From Octopus vulgaris (Eukaryota), in assembly GCA_951406725.2 (NCBI GenBank), contig OX597819.1:11222001-11286000 (forward strand): 64,000 bases of DNA, given 5' to 3'. Position 1 is the stretch's first letter. Each line of letters begins with the position of its first letter. Made by a program: the position numbers and the translations under genes. This document shows, piece after piece, positions 51,605 through 64,000 of the stretch. The notes below the pieces were generated by a model that searched no databases, had not been told where the DNA came from, and saw only the letters and a list, made by a program, of their open reading frames with translations.

Positions 51605-52174
51605 ATATGTGAGTGGCATGGGTATATGTATGCAGACACATACTTACACATGTCTGTATGTATACATACACATGTATATATGCACCCCCCCACATATATA
51701 TATATGTGTGTGTGTTTGTATGTATGTGTACAACTATATACATACACACACGCATCTGTAACACTAAAAAACTACTCTAGGATAAAAACAACTCTACCGG
51801 TGCAAATAAATATAAACAATATTAAATATAGAACATGAAAAATACACATATTTCTACAATTTGCTCTCTCTCACGCACACACATACATATACATACATAT
51901 TTACATATACATGCATATACTTATTTATATATATATGTAATCATTTTTACTATTTTATGAGCAGAGAAAAAAATACACTATCACAAAACATTAGTTGAAA
52001 CATCAGAGACAGATATACATCAAGTGTAAGACAGATGTACATACGTATATAACTGTGCAATGTCACTGACCAGAGAAAGCTATTATTACGTGTGAAAGAC
52101 GCCATATTTCTTTCGTTATAGAGGTGAAGACCCGACAAGAAAGTTCAATAGGGTTAAGTGTATCAAACGTGTAT

Positions 52175-52217
<43 letters not shown>

Positions 52218-52759
52218 ACATACACACACACACGTTGATCTTGGGCGATAGCGAATATTCTCCTTTATGAACCATACACATAAATTTCGTGTGTAAAATT
52301 AGATCTTTTAAAAATAGAATTGTAAATGATTTACATGTTATGTGTGTGTGTTTGTGTGTTTGTGTGTGTGTGTGTGCGTGTGTGTAGTTGAACCAATTCT
52401 GTTCCTTTTAGTTATATTAAACAACAAATAATAATTGTTATATCCCATTTAGATATACTAATGTTTTTTTCACGTTTAACACCCACCGGTTTGCACTCTT
52501 GCAGTTATTCATGGAAAACGAGTATTTTGCTTTTTAAGTATCGTTAAAAAAAATTTACAATTTGCAACGTTTGACTTTGCATACAAGTGTTCTTTACTAC
52601 AGGTTACATTGTTCAGAGCGATTATTAATCAAATGAACCAGGTACTATATTGCGCAAAATATTAGCATTTAACAAAAAACAAACAATAAAAACGTGGAAT
52701 AGATTTGATAGACCAACTCAATATAGAGGAACAAAGAATGATAAAGATGCGCTAAACTT

Positions 52760-54268
52760 CACTGAACCGCAAAAGAAAAGGGATTTTTTTCAAATGTCAT
52801 TTTTATATGGCAAATTCCGGAAATTTATTTCGGTGTTGTAAGTGTAAATATTCCAAGACATGCTGATTTATGGCTGAAACCCAAATTGCAGGTAACCTTT
52901 CAACTTACCCTCAAACGAGGTGCCAAAACGCAGCTGCGTTGAATACCATGGTTGGCAGTCGCAAACAATTGTCACGAAAACCGAAATGCGCGTGCGTCTC
53001 GTGGAGGTAATGGGTATAAAAATCAACTTGGACAACGTTCCTGAAATTCGTAATTTGGACGCATCAGGAATGAGCAGATTGTCAGCAGTGCAGAGAGAAC
53101 AAGCTATCGGCCGGTTGCAAGCAGGGCAGCGTGTCCTGGTTGCTGCGAAAGCTTGCAATGCCCAAGACAGAACAATTTATCGCCTGCAACAGAGATACAA
53201 TAACACCAACTGCAGAGGGCGCCCCCCTCGGGTGACCACGCCCTGGTAGGACCGGTTCACCCACCTGCAACACCTTCGTAATCACTTCAGACCGGCCAGT
53301 GTAAAAGCTCGCGAAACCATTGGCACTGGAAAGCAACCCATCAGCGACGACACGGTACGGCGTCGACTGGCCACCAGCAACCGGCGTTGCCGTCGTTCTA
53401 TTCGAGGGCCTGTCTTCACCGCCCACCACCGTCAAGCAAGACGACAGTGGACTGCGCAGCCCGACACTGGTGGCATCAACAATGGAGGTCGATAGTCTTC
53501 TCTGACGAGAGCCGGTACTGCGTTTCCACCTCGGATGTCTGAGTGAAGGTGTGGCATAGGAGGGGTGAACGCTACAGAGATGCATGTGTTATGGAGAGAG
53601 ACGCGAGCGGTGGTCAAATCATCATGGTTTGGGGTGCTATAGGCCTGAATCAGAGAATTGGGCCCCGTATGTTCCAAAATGTTGGTGTAGGCAGAGAAAA
53701 TGACATCACAGCGCAGCGCTACGTTGACTAGATCCTAAGGCCTCACATGATGCCCTTCTTCGCGCGTCCTCATAGCCACATGTTCCAGTAAGACAACGCT
53801 CCCTCCCACACGGACAGGGTCACCTTGGACTTCCTGCGTCAGCACAACATCAGAACCATGGCTCTCAGCTAGGATTTGAACCCAATTGAACACCTGTGGG
53901 ATGAAATCCAGAGACAGCTGAACCAGGTGGTCCCAAGGCCAACAACTCATGTGGAACAAGAGGTAGCTTTCCTCGGGATATGGGCCAATGGCGCTTGTGA
54001 ACCGCCTCATGCACTCCATGTACCGACGGTGTATGGCCGTTTTGAACACCCAGGGAGGACATACACGGTATTGAACATGTCACGCCCTACAACCTCGATG
54101 TGCTGGATCCGCCCACTATCCGAACACACGACAACGACCCATAGACTGTGGTCAAAGTAAATCCAAGAAATTGACTTCATTAGATTTATCAAAATTTATC
54201 ACTGACATAATGAAATTAAAACATATTTCACAGTTACACATGTTTCGCGTTTCTTTTGCGGATCAGCG
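52760..54268 (+). mobile_element. Tc1-family DNA transposon, degenerate
   Basis: TIRs CACTGAACCGCAAAAGAAA / TTTCTTTTGCGGATCAGCG. Transposase from 53069: MSRLSAVQREQAIGRLQAG, GRPPRVTT, VFSDESRY, IMVWGAI, Q*DNAPSH, DLNPIEHLWD, with stops and frameshifts. Confidence 0.9.
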
Positions 54269-54520
54269 TGCAATTGTTCGCTGTTTTAGATTGAACTCAA
54301 TAAGTTCTAGAAGAAACGATAGCTTTGAAGCAAGAGAAAGAGAAAGTTACAAATTTATCAAAGAAAACGTTAATTGATATTCAAGGGAACAAAGTAAAGG
54401 GCTGGCATTTACGGCGACAACCCCAAAGGTTTACGTTCCTAAAATGAAAAACAAAAACCCAGAGAATTCTGCCGCAAAACTCATGTTAGCTGAACATGTT
54501 TTGTTAAAGTTAGTTGTTAG

Positions 54521-54905
54521 GGGCGTAGCGTAGCTGTGCAGATGAAAGGCTCGCTTTGCGATCAAGTGGTTTCAGGTTCGGTCCTTCTGCACGGTACCTT
54601 AGGCAAGTGTCATCTACAATAACCTCAGGTTAACTAAACTGAATTTGCTAGACAGTAGCTGTATGTGCGTGTGTGTGTGTGTGTGTGTGCGTGTGTGCGC
54701 ATGCGTGTATGTCTTGTGTGTATATCTATAGATGTGAGTATCTATTGATGGGTGTGTCTTTGTACCTGTGTTGTCGCCCCTCCCCACATCACCACACGAC
54801 GACCGTTATTGGTTTCTTTCCGTCCCTGTAACTTAGCGGTTTGGCAAAACTGTTCAAGGCAGTACTCAAATATGGCCGTAGTCTATTGACTGAAACAAGT
54901 AAATG
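54521..54905 (+). mobile_element. Old, diverged SINE family A-related copy
   Basis: tRNA-like head, CCTTAGGCAAGTGTC, internal (TG)n, GACTGAAACAAGTAAA tail. Confidence 0.65.
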
Positions 54906-55079
54906 ATAAAAGATATAAAATGATGAATCACAATAAAAGAAAAGGAAATTTTTGCCCGAAGGAAAGAAGGAATATTTAGCTGGATATTTACTCTAAAACT
55001 TATGATGTCTTTTCGAAGTGATTTGAGTGAAAATAAGAACATAAAATAGAATTTCGTGATAGAAGGAATAGAAAAGCCT

Positions 55080-55860
55080 AAACGATCAACAAAAGACATT
55101 GAAATTACAACTGAAGAATCTGATAAAGCTGTTCTTGTCGTGGAAGCACAGTATTATAAAGAACATGTAATTAAGAACTTGTAATTATATCATGAAAATT
55201 AGACAACTATAAAAAGCTTTAAAAATTATAGCAAGTCTAATGACTTTATTGTATACGGTCCACAAATGTTTTGACTACTACAAAATTTGATGATATAAAC
55301 AGTTTCAGGTGCAAAACTATAAAATTCGACGGCCGACTCCAAATACACCAAAATAAAGTGAAAAGTGATGTTTGTAAAAACTTTTAAACCAAATATGTCT
55401 GCAGAGATTTGAAATGAAAACTGAATATAGCAGTCCAGCATGTGAAACACATGGACTAATTAATTTCTTGGATATATTATTGAAGCCCTGATTAAAACAT
55501 CCGCAAAGCTTTATTCAAGAGACTCTAGGGTTAGGGTTAGGGTTAAGGTTAGGGTTAGGGTTAGGGTTAGGATTCGGGTTAGGGTTAGGGTTAGGGTTAG
55601 GGTTTTTCATCACCAAAATAGTGAGTGCAAGTGCAATTATTGTTTCATTTGATATCCCACGCGACTGCGGAATCAGTTCGACTACATAATGGCATCATGC
55701 AATTTGAGTTAATTAAACGCAAAGAAAAACTTGCTCGTTGATGGACTAAGATTCGTATTATAAAACGATTATTTTCTAATCCGTGACTGCACAACGACAA
55801 ATATCAGAGACTGGAATGGACACAGTAACCGCACCCACTTATCCTAGATTAGAGTGATTT
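55080..55860 (+). mobile_element. Penelope-like element RT remnant
   Basis: SDK..VV...YYKEH, LINFLDILLKP*LKHPQSFIQETL, IIVSFDI (motif A) and GMDTVTAPTY (motif B, cf. AMGT..APTY). Confidence 0.7.
55525..55602 (+). repeat. Interstitial telomeric repeat (TTAGGG)13
   Basis: 13 in-phase hexamers, of which 9 are perfect; variants CTAGGG, TTAAGG, TTAGGA, TTCGGG. Confidence 0.95.
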
Positions 55861-55924
55861 TTAATATTTTCTACGGATTACTTGAAGGTCACTTTCTTCC
55901 TGCAACTCCATCCTAGGATCTTAC

Positions 55925-55937
55925 ATCTATCTATCTA

Positions 55938-56016
<79 letters not shown>

Positions 56017-56112
56017 GTGTGTGTGTGTGTGTGGGTGTGTGTGTGTGTGTGTGTCTGTCTGTCTGTCTAGCTATCTGTCCTTCTGTCTGTCTGTTTGTCC
56101 GTCCGTCCATCC

Positions 56113-56168
<56 letters not shown>

Positions 56169-56187
56169 GTCTGTCTGTCTGTCTGTA

Positions 56188-56219
<32 letters not shown>

Positions 56220-56224
56220 CGTCC

Positions 56225-56278
<54 letters not shown>

Positions 56279-56355
56279 CTATCTATCTGTCTGTCTGTCT
56301 ATCTGTCTATCTGTCTGTCTGTCTGTCCGTCCGTCCGTCTGTCTATCCATCTATC
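55925..56355. repeat. (TCTA)n/(TCTG)n/(TG)n compound microsatellite
   Basis: Direct reading. Confidence 0.95.
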
Positions 56356-56664
56356 TCAAAAAGCTTCATACGTTCATATGACCGGTTTCCCGGATTCTGT
56401 GGCGTGTGTATTCCTCCGCCCCTTGACAGGGCGCCGGTCCGTCGCAGGATTACGAATTTTTCCCAGTTGAGTGGACTGAGCCAACGGGAATTGAAGTGTT
56501 TTGCTGAAGAACAAAATGCCTCAACCCACCCATAATTTTCGATCATGAATACCAACACGCTAAGAAACCATGATGCGCATCAACACAAACATACATACAC
56601 ACACACGCGCGCATACATACATACAAACATACATACATACATACATACATACATACATACATAA

Positions 56665-56695
<31 letters not shown>

Positions 56696-56809
56696 CATGC
56701 AAAAATACCCTGTTGTTGATCTTCAAATTGCAATGAAGGAACCTTGGATCTAGGTTAGAAACCAGTTCTTTCTTTATTAGAAAGAAATCTTGAAATAAAA
56801 CTTAACAAT

Positions 56810-56873
<64 letters not shown>

Positions 56874-56874
<1 letters not shown>

Positions 56875-57266
56875 TAGCAGTATCGCCCGGCGTTGCTCGG
56901 GTTTGTAAGGGAAATAACTATATAAGCATTTTTAGAGAGTTATAAAATAGCAAAAAAATGCATTAAAAATGGAAAAAAAATTATGGTAAATATTTTTTTA
57001 AATCGTTGACTCATCGTAGACATTTTTAGAGAGTTACTTCCCTTATATAATAGCGAAAAAATGCATTAAAATGGGAAAAAAATGATGTTAAATTTTTTTT
57101 TAAATCGTAGACTCATCGTAGACGCGCGCTAATACCCAGAAGGGCTCGATATGAATCACGACTATAAGATACCCGGTTTTGGTTAAACTGCACCGCAAAA
57201 TGTGGGAGTAGTTAGGAAACTAAATCGTAGGAGACAGACACACAACTTCACTTTTATATATAAAGA
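56874..57266 (-). mobile_element. Non-autonomous Helitron
   Basis: A|TC...CTAG|T on the minus strand; the 3' end lies in (TA)n. Confidence 0.85.
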
Positions 57267-57412
57267 TTTCAGAAAAGCAAGAAAATGTTTCCGATCCGAC
57301 TTACGAGATTTATGATACCTAAAAAATAATTAATTTAGTAAAAGAGTAATAAATGTTTTACTGGTGAGATATAGAGTCACGTGAACATTACGGACCGTCG
57401 TAATTCGTACTT

Positions 57413-57811
57413 TGGATATTTTCGGTTTGAACTGCAGTTTTTAATATAATTTATAGGTAACTAAAAAATTTTAAACTTCTTATACTGGTGGAATGTGTTA
57501 TAAAACATCTTTTTCTCTTGGCTTTATTGAGAAAATTCTATAGTTTGTAAGATATTTGTTGGGTTTTTTTCTGCAATTTCAACCAATCACTGACGTCTAT
57601 TGAGGTAAACAACATTCTGTGCCGTATGAATATGTCCCTCGTTTAAGAAACAGACTGGGTTTATTTACATTTCTGAAGAAAAAAAGATACCCCCCCCTCT
57701 AACCCTAAAATAGATTGAAATGCAATAAGATCGATACCAGGGTCATAATTATGGGTGACAATTTCATATGACACCGCTAGAAAAAACTGCCGTTCAAACC
57801 GAAAATATCCC
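57413..57811. mobile_element. MITE with ~30-bp TIRs
   Basis: TGGATATTTTCGGTTTGAACTGCAGTTTTT / AAAAACTGCCGTTCAAACCGAAAATATCCC. A related truncated copy lies at ~14188-14450. Confidence 0.8.
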
Positions 57812-58013
57812 GTAATTTTCATTCACGTTTATTATCAAATCAACACAATTACAGATTACGCTTAGAATAATATCATTTAAAAAAAAATAGAAATATTAAA
57901 ATTCTCAGATTGAAAGGATTAAATAAAACAACTACTACGAAATAAAATAAAAGATATTACAAAATATGGAAGAACTAATTAAATACAGCTATATAAGTGT
58001 AAGTATAAATCAG

Positions 58014-58035
58014 TCACTATACTAAATAGAAATAG
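58014..58035 (+). promoter_or_regulatory. Candidate snRNA proximal sequence element (PSE)
   Basis: TCACTATACTAAATAGAAATAG starting at -52 resembles the vertebrate PSE consensus (TCACCNTNASTNAAAAG). I do not know the mollusc consensus. Confidence 0.45.
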
Positions 58036-58065
58036 GTATAATATTTCTAAGCTAGGGTAAAAATT

Positions 58066-58255
58066 ATCGCTTCTCGGCCTTTTGGCTAAGATCAAAGTGT
58101 AGTATCTGTTCTTATCAGCTTAATATCTGATACGGTCCCTATTTGGGACCATCGATATTAAACTGATTTTTAGAACGAGGCGAAGAGTTAGGGGCTTGCT
58201 CCGCCTTTGCCACGGGTTGACCTGGTATAGCAGTACTTCCAGGATTCAGCCCATC
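58066..58255 (+). ncRNA. RNU2: U2 spliceosomal snRNA
   Basis: ATCGCTTCTCGGCCTTTTGGCTAAGATCAAAGTGTAGTATCTGTTCTTATCAG 5' end; GTAGTA branch-site pairing region; paired stem IIb (GGTCCC/GGGACC); Sm site ATTTTTAG; stems III and IV; no poly(A) or TSD. Confidence 0.97.
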
Positions 58256-58271
58256 TCCCACCCGGGAGATA

Positions 58272-58290
58272 TAAACAAATTAAAAACAGA
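58272..58290 (+). terminator. Candidate snRNA 3' box
   Basis: AAAAACAGA ~27-35 nt past the U2 end matches the second half of GTTTN0-4AAARNNAGA; the GTTT half is missing. Confidence 0.3.
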
Positions 58291-58616
58291 CTTAATATCC
58301 TGACATCCCTTCAAACACCTTCCAGGAAGGGATCAGACCTGCATTTTTTGATGTCCGCTGCCGTTATTTTTATTTAATCTTAGATGTAATTACATACAAC
58401 CACATCTTCTGCTGTCCACCCATCGTTTGCCTTGTTTTCCTCATACAAATAATATCCTGGAAGCTTTTCGTCTTCCGTTTTTAATACAAGGCTTGTGGTT
58501 TTGACTGCTATTTCTAATCACTCCGGTCTGTCATAGTAAGTATAAATTGCAAAGCAACAGTTAGTTACTGCAAGATAGAAAGCCACCCTTATAATTTGTT
58601 TTTTAATTATAAAATA

Positions 58617-58985
58617 CTAGCAGTATCGCCGGGGTTGCTCGGGTTTGTAAGGGAAATAACTATGTAAGGATTTTTAGAGAGTTATAGCAAAAAAATGGAA
58701 AAAAAATTATGGTAAATTGTTTTTTAAATCGTTGACTCGTCGTAGACATTTTTAGAGAGTTACTTCCCTTATATAATAGCGAAAAAAATGCATTAAAATG
58801 GAAAAAATGATGGTAAATTTTTTTTAAATCGTAGACTCATCGTAGACGCGCGCTAATACCCAGAAGGGCTCGATATGAATCACGACTATAAGATACCCGG
58901 TTTTGGTTAAACTGCACCGCAAAATGTGGGAGTAGTTAGGAATCTAAATCGTAGTAGACACACACAACTTCACTTTTATATATAA
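58617..58985 (-). mobile_element. Non-autonomous Helitron lacking its 5' TCT, fused to the next copy
   Basis: CTAG end at 58617; the 5' end abuts the CTAG of the 58986 copy. Confidence 0.85.
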
Positions 58986-59382
58986 CTAGCAGTATCGCCC
59001 GGCGTTGCTCGGGTTTGTAAGGGAAATAACTATATAAGCATTTTTAGAGATGTAAAGTATAATAGCCATCTCGATATGGCTAACTACAAAGGGAGGGTGT
59101 TACTGTAGCTTTTTACGTTCTGAGATTTAATAATACATTTTTAGAGAGTTACTTCCCTTATATAAACCGAGCGAAAATGCATTAAAAATGCGGAAAAATT
59201 ATGTTAAATTTTTTTTTAAATCGTAGACTCATCGTAGAGCCGCGCTAATACCCAGAAGGGCTCGATATGAATCACGACTATAAGATACCCGGTTTTGGTT
59301 AAACTGCACCGCAAAATGTGGGAGTAGTTAGGAATCTAAATCGTAGGAGACAGACACACAACTTCACTTTTATATATAAAGA
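58986..59382 (-). mobile_element. Non-autonomous Helitron (long-variant subtype)
   Basis: A|TC start within (TA)n; hairpin and CTAG end. Confidence 0.85.
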
Positions 59383-59402
59383 TATATATATATATATATA
59401 TA

Positions 59403-59520
59403 CAAAAATACCCTGTTGTTGATGTTGAAATTCCAGTGAAGGAGCCTTGGATTTAGGTTAGAAACCGGTTCTTTCTTAATTGGCAAGAAATCTTGAAATA
59501 AAACTGAACAATGATATACA
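59403..59520 (+). repeat. ~115-bp dispersed repeat, direct copy of 56700-56815
   Basis: CAAAAATACCCTGTTGTTGAT...AGGTTAGAAACC.GTTCTTTC...AAGAAATCTTGAAATAAAACT at both sites. Confidence 0.85.
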
Positions 59521-60299
59521 TAGGTACATACATACATGATGATAATTACCCGTAGCCTAACAAAAACTACTGCTATTTATTAGTGAACACCCAGCAGAAT
59601 TGTACAAGATTTGTTTATAGGGTTGTACATCAGCTCCCTCCGTCCATCCAATCGACATTGCCAGGAAAGGTGTACGGTGTACCACATGTAAGGTGTCCAA
59701 GTATCGCAGAGCAACGCCAGGTGAAGTGTTTTGCTCAGAATGCCACACACCATCCCGTCCAGGAACTGAAACTGCGATCACGATCATTAGCGTAACACCG
59801 TAACTACTTAGCCATGCACCATGTCAACGGCCATCCAATAAATGTTAGCACGGGTACGTAGAAATTCCGGGGTGGTGTCCGGCGTGCTGAAAGACCACTG
59901 GGAGTGAGGCGTCCCTCAGCTTTTGTTAAAGCACGTCTCTAGGAGAAGGTCACTCTGATATAAAACCAGATATGCAGGGAATGGCATTGAACATTTTGGG
60001 GATCTTTGGTTTGTGCTAGAGATCACGGCGCTCCCACATCCCTGAGCCTGCGACTCATATTGGCACCAGACATCTTGCTCCGGCTTGTCTCTGGATAATG
60101 TCAATAGAGTGGAAAGGGTCTATGAGGTGTTGTGCAAGCCTTATTGGACCTAAAACTCTGCACAGGCATTGCCGACCATTTTTTTTCCTATATATATATA
60201 TCTATCCTATTTTTAGTATATATTTTCTTCTATCCTATATATATGTATGTATGTATGTATTTATGTATGTATGTTTGTATGTATGTATGTATGTATGTA

Positions 60300-60363
<64 letters not shown>

Positions 60364-60609
60364 TCTGTCCGTCAATATATCTGACATATCGGAATCCAGA
60401 CAATTTGTTCCGCCGTTAGTCTAGTATCAACCCTCGTCGTATAAGTTGACCCTAATGTAATCCATCCGTATCTATTGTAATCGGGGTGGAGGAGACATTA
60501 GTGTTCAACAGTTATTGCTGCCCCTCAAATCATCACGAACTTCGTGATGTACCATCTCCATTTCCGCAGCCGCCTCTGCCACCAACCGGAGCACCGTACC
60601 ACCACCACC

Positions 60610-60641
<32 letters not shown>

Positions 60642-61149
60642 CAACCTCAACAGCATGATCCACATCAACACCATTTAATATACCATCAAGGTTGCTTAAA
60701 TCAGCGTGACCACACTCGGCATTAACGACACCGCCCACCATCACTGCCGCCGCCACCACCAAAACCACCACCACCGCCACCACCATACAACGATGATGAT
60801 AACAAGCACCCCCTCCACCCACACCAGTTTCAACGCTACCAGTGCTACTACCACTACGGCTATCAATAACTTCATCACTACTACTACCAGCACCATAACA
60901 ACCCCCACCACCACCACCACCACCACCACCATACCACCACCACCACAACCACATCACCACCACCACCGTCGCCGCCGCAACGAGCATTATTTATACCAGC
61001 GTTACCATCGCTATTATGTGTGTGTGTATATGTATGGTTGTCACTTTTTCTATATACACCCTCTCATTTAAAACTCACACGCACATAGATAGGCACATAC
61101 ATATATCTATGTATGAGCGCACGCATGGGGGTACATACGGGTGGGCGTA

Positions 61150-61224
61150 TGCAAGTGAGTATATATATATATATGCGTGTGTATATACATATGTATATAT
61201 GTACATATATATATACATATATAC

Positions 61225-61255
<31 letters not shown>

Positions 61256-61600
61256 TGCATACACACACATACATATATATATATAAATACATAAATACAT
61301 ATATACATACACACACACATACACACATATACATACACACATACACACACACATATACACATATATGCACACATACACATACGCACATACATAAATACAC
61401 ACACATTCACATACATACAAACACACATATACACACATATACACACACATACATATACATACACACATACACACACATATACACATATATGCACACATAC
61501 ACATACACACATACATACATACACACATACACACACACATTCACATACATACAAACACACATATACACACATATACACACACATACATATACATACACTG
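61150..61600. repeat. Degenerate (CA/TA)n low-complexity tract
   Basis: Direct reading. Confidence 0.9.
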
Positions 61601-62459
61601 ATAGCACTTTATACTGACGATCACATACTAAACAGAAACGTAAGCCAAGCCATCATTCGCACGCGCGCGCACACATGCGTGCTCACACACATACACACGC
61701 ATACTACCACACCATTCCACAAACATGCGCCTACTGACATCCACCCCACATCAACGCATGTACACCGATGCCCCACCCCCACCCGTATATAATCCCCATC
61801 AAACACATGTGCAGAAACCCCACCTCACGTTCCATATGCCCGTACATCATGCCCCTATATATATCCTCCACCCTGTATGTATGTTTGTATATATACCCCA
61901 CCCCGCACCCCGTTTACGTATACCTATTTAGAGAAATAGCAGGTGAAAAGTGAGACTAACATCAAGAATTTCCTGTATCTACTCGGCAAAGAAATACGGG
62001 TACAGGTGTGATGGCCTCCAGTGTCGTCATCCACCCGGCAGCTTTCACTAAGATCAATGGACATACGGGTGGGTTAGTCATTACATACAGATAGTTTGAT
62101 AATTTACTTTCGGGTGGACTGTAAAACAAGACTACTGCCAGGTGCGGTGTATGTAAGAAGAGAACGGTGACGGATGGCTGGGTGGATTTGACTTGGGTGT
62201 GTGAGTGTGTGTTTGTATATGACTGCACGTGTGCGTGAGTATCTGGGTGCGACAAATATGTGGGTATGTCCACGGATATATGACTAAATGAATGCATGTG
62301 TGTGTGTCTTTGGATACATAAAAACACACATACACATACATACACGAACACGCAGACATGCATACATACACACATAAATCTCAATCTATCCCCCTCTTCT
62401 TTCTTCCTTCCTCCCACTCTCTCTGTGTAAGTATGTACGTATCTACGCATTTTTCTATG

Positions 62460-62506
<47 letters not shown>

Positions 62507-63908
62507 GTATGTATATGTGTCTGCACACACACACACATACACATATATACATATATACATACACACATACATACATACATTCATATGCACATGAATGAAC
62601 TGAATGAATGAATATATGTATGTAAGTATTATGTGAGTATGTGTGTGTGTGTATAGCGAATATAGCTATCTATTTATCTATCTATCTATCTGTTTATCTC
62701 TCTATGTATGTATGTATGTATACATGCATGTACGTATACACATACGCAGAAATATATGAATGATGGAAGATTAAATGATGAATGATAGTCAATTAAGCAG
62801 ACTGAGAATTTAGTTTCAGTCTTATTCTGAACTCTTTATTGAAATATGGTCTCTCCCGTATTTTCTAACTACATACGCAAATTTACAAGAATATATATAT
62901 ATATATATATACACAAAGTGTGGGGGTTTAGTTCACAGGTGATCTAAACGACTAGGTACACCCTTAAAATTTCACAAATTCTTCCGCACTTTCAACTTCC
63001 ATAAAACCAAATTTAAATTCACCCGTCCACGAATAACTTTCACATACTAACCTCCATGATCGTTAACACATACCCCTGTGTATTTCTTCTATCAACCTCA
63101 TCAGTTTATAAGTTAAATGTTAATTCTTTAATTTATTTTAAAACCTGAACCTAAATAATTTAACATTGAACTGGTTTCTCCATTCAGGACTACCTAAATT
63201 CTCATACCACCATTGCCAAAACTATTTCTACAGCCACTGACCTTAGCCACAAAGCGGACACAGATGACACAAATCAAGAGGCAAATCTGTGAACTCTATG
63301 TATGTACATGCATATATCTTTTGTATGATGTAAAAGGATAAAATCTCTTTATATATGTATATGTATTAATGGATGTTTTTTGCGCATGTATGTATATACA
63401 TGTGCATGTATTTGGTACCTGTGTGTATATATATATGTATGCAGATTTAGACTAAAGTTTCGATTTTCGCTGTATGATATATGAATATAATGACATTGTA
63501 TATTGTATTGCATTATTTATTGAATTATTGTACTGGCATCTCCCATAGGCATCTGTTTATATATTATGTTATACTATATTGTATATGTAATAAGCAATAC
63601 AATATATTATATTATATTATGTTGTGTTACACTGTATTATATTATACTATATTTTATGTGGTATTTTCCATCTACTATGTATTGTGAATAGCAGAATGTA
63701 CATATTCTATTATTGGTATTAATAATAATAATAATGATATTAATAGTTTTGGTAATGTAATACAATGAACTTTGGACTTTGTATATATACCCTTTCATGT
63801 GGACATATATTGTATACGCCAGTATATATATTTGATTAACTGTAACCTTATGTTTATGTATATTATTATGTATATACTTATATATATGTATATGTATGTG
63901 TATATACA

Positions 63909-63952
<44 letters not shown>

Positions 63953-64000
63953 TATTCTTGTGTATGTGTACTTTGTTTCATATTCATATTTGCATTTTAT

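Noticed and set aside
59830-60180. Possible RTE 5' UTR (CTAGGAGAAGG..ACTCTGA..AAACC)
   Set aside because: Only a short motif, with no ORF remnant to confirm it.
61613-61655. CTGACGA...GAAACGTA hammerhead-like core
   Set aside because: Stems I and II do not pair; chance match.
62820-63295. Possible L1/Tx1 3' end on the minus strand
   Set aside because: No recognisable protein motif; too degenerate to call.

Overview
Eukaryotic (animal) genomic DNA that is AT-rich and very dense in microsatellites. The SINE families and the (TA)n/(TACA)n/(CA)n load look like an octopus (coleoid cephalopod) genome; this is recognition from memory, not a database check. Most ORFs in the supplied track are microsatellite artefacts. 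Host genes: one full-length U2 snRNA gene (58066-~58255, +), bracketed by non-autonomous Helitrons, and four minus-strand exons of a probably degenerate ankyrin-repeat plus death-domain gene (~4.1-9.3 kb). Mobile DNA: a 2.14-kb LTR element with intact gag but no RT (10570-12710); remnants of RTE, CR1, HERO and Penelope retroelements; remnants of Tc1, Merlin, Chapaev3 and Helitron transposases; several MITEs; and at least four tRNA-derived SINE families. Most notable: an intact type I hammerhead ribozyme fold (2357-2448, -) plus variant hammerheads, a possible Helitron-borne U2 cassette, the gag-only mini-LTR element, a (TTAGGG)13 tract inserted into a Penelope RT, a locally templated insertion into a Helitron ORF, and a five-unit SINE array. 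Coordinates were counted by hand, and repeat boundaries are approximate.
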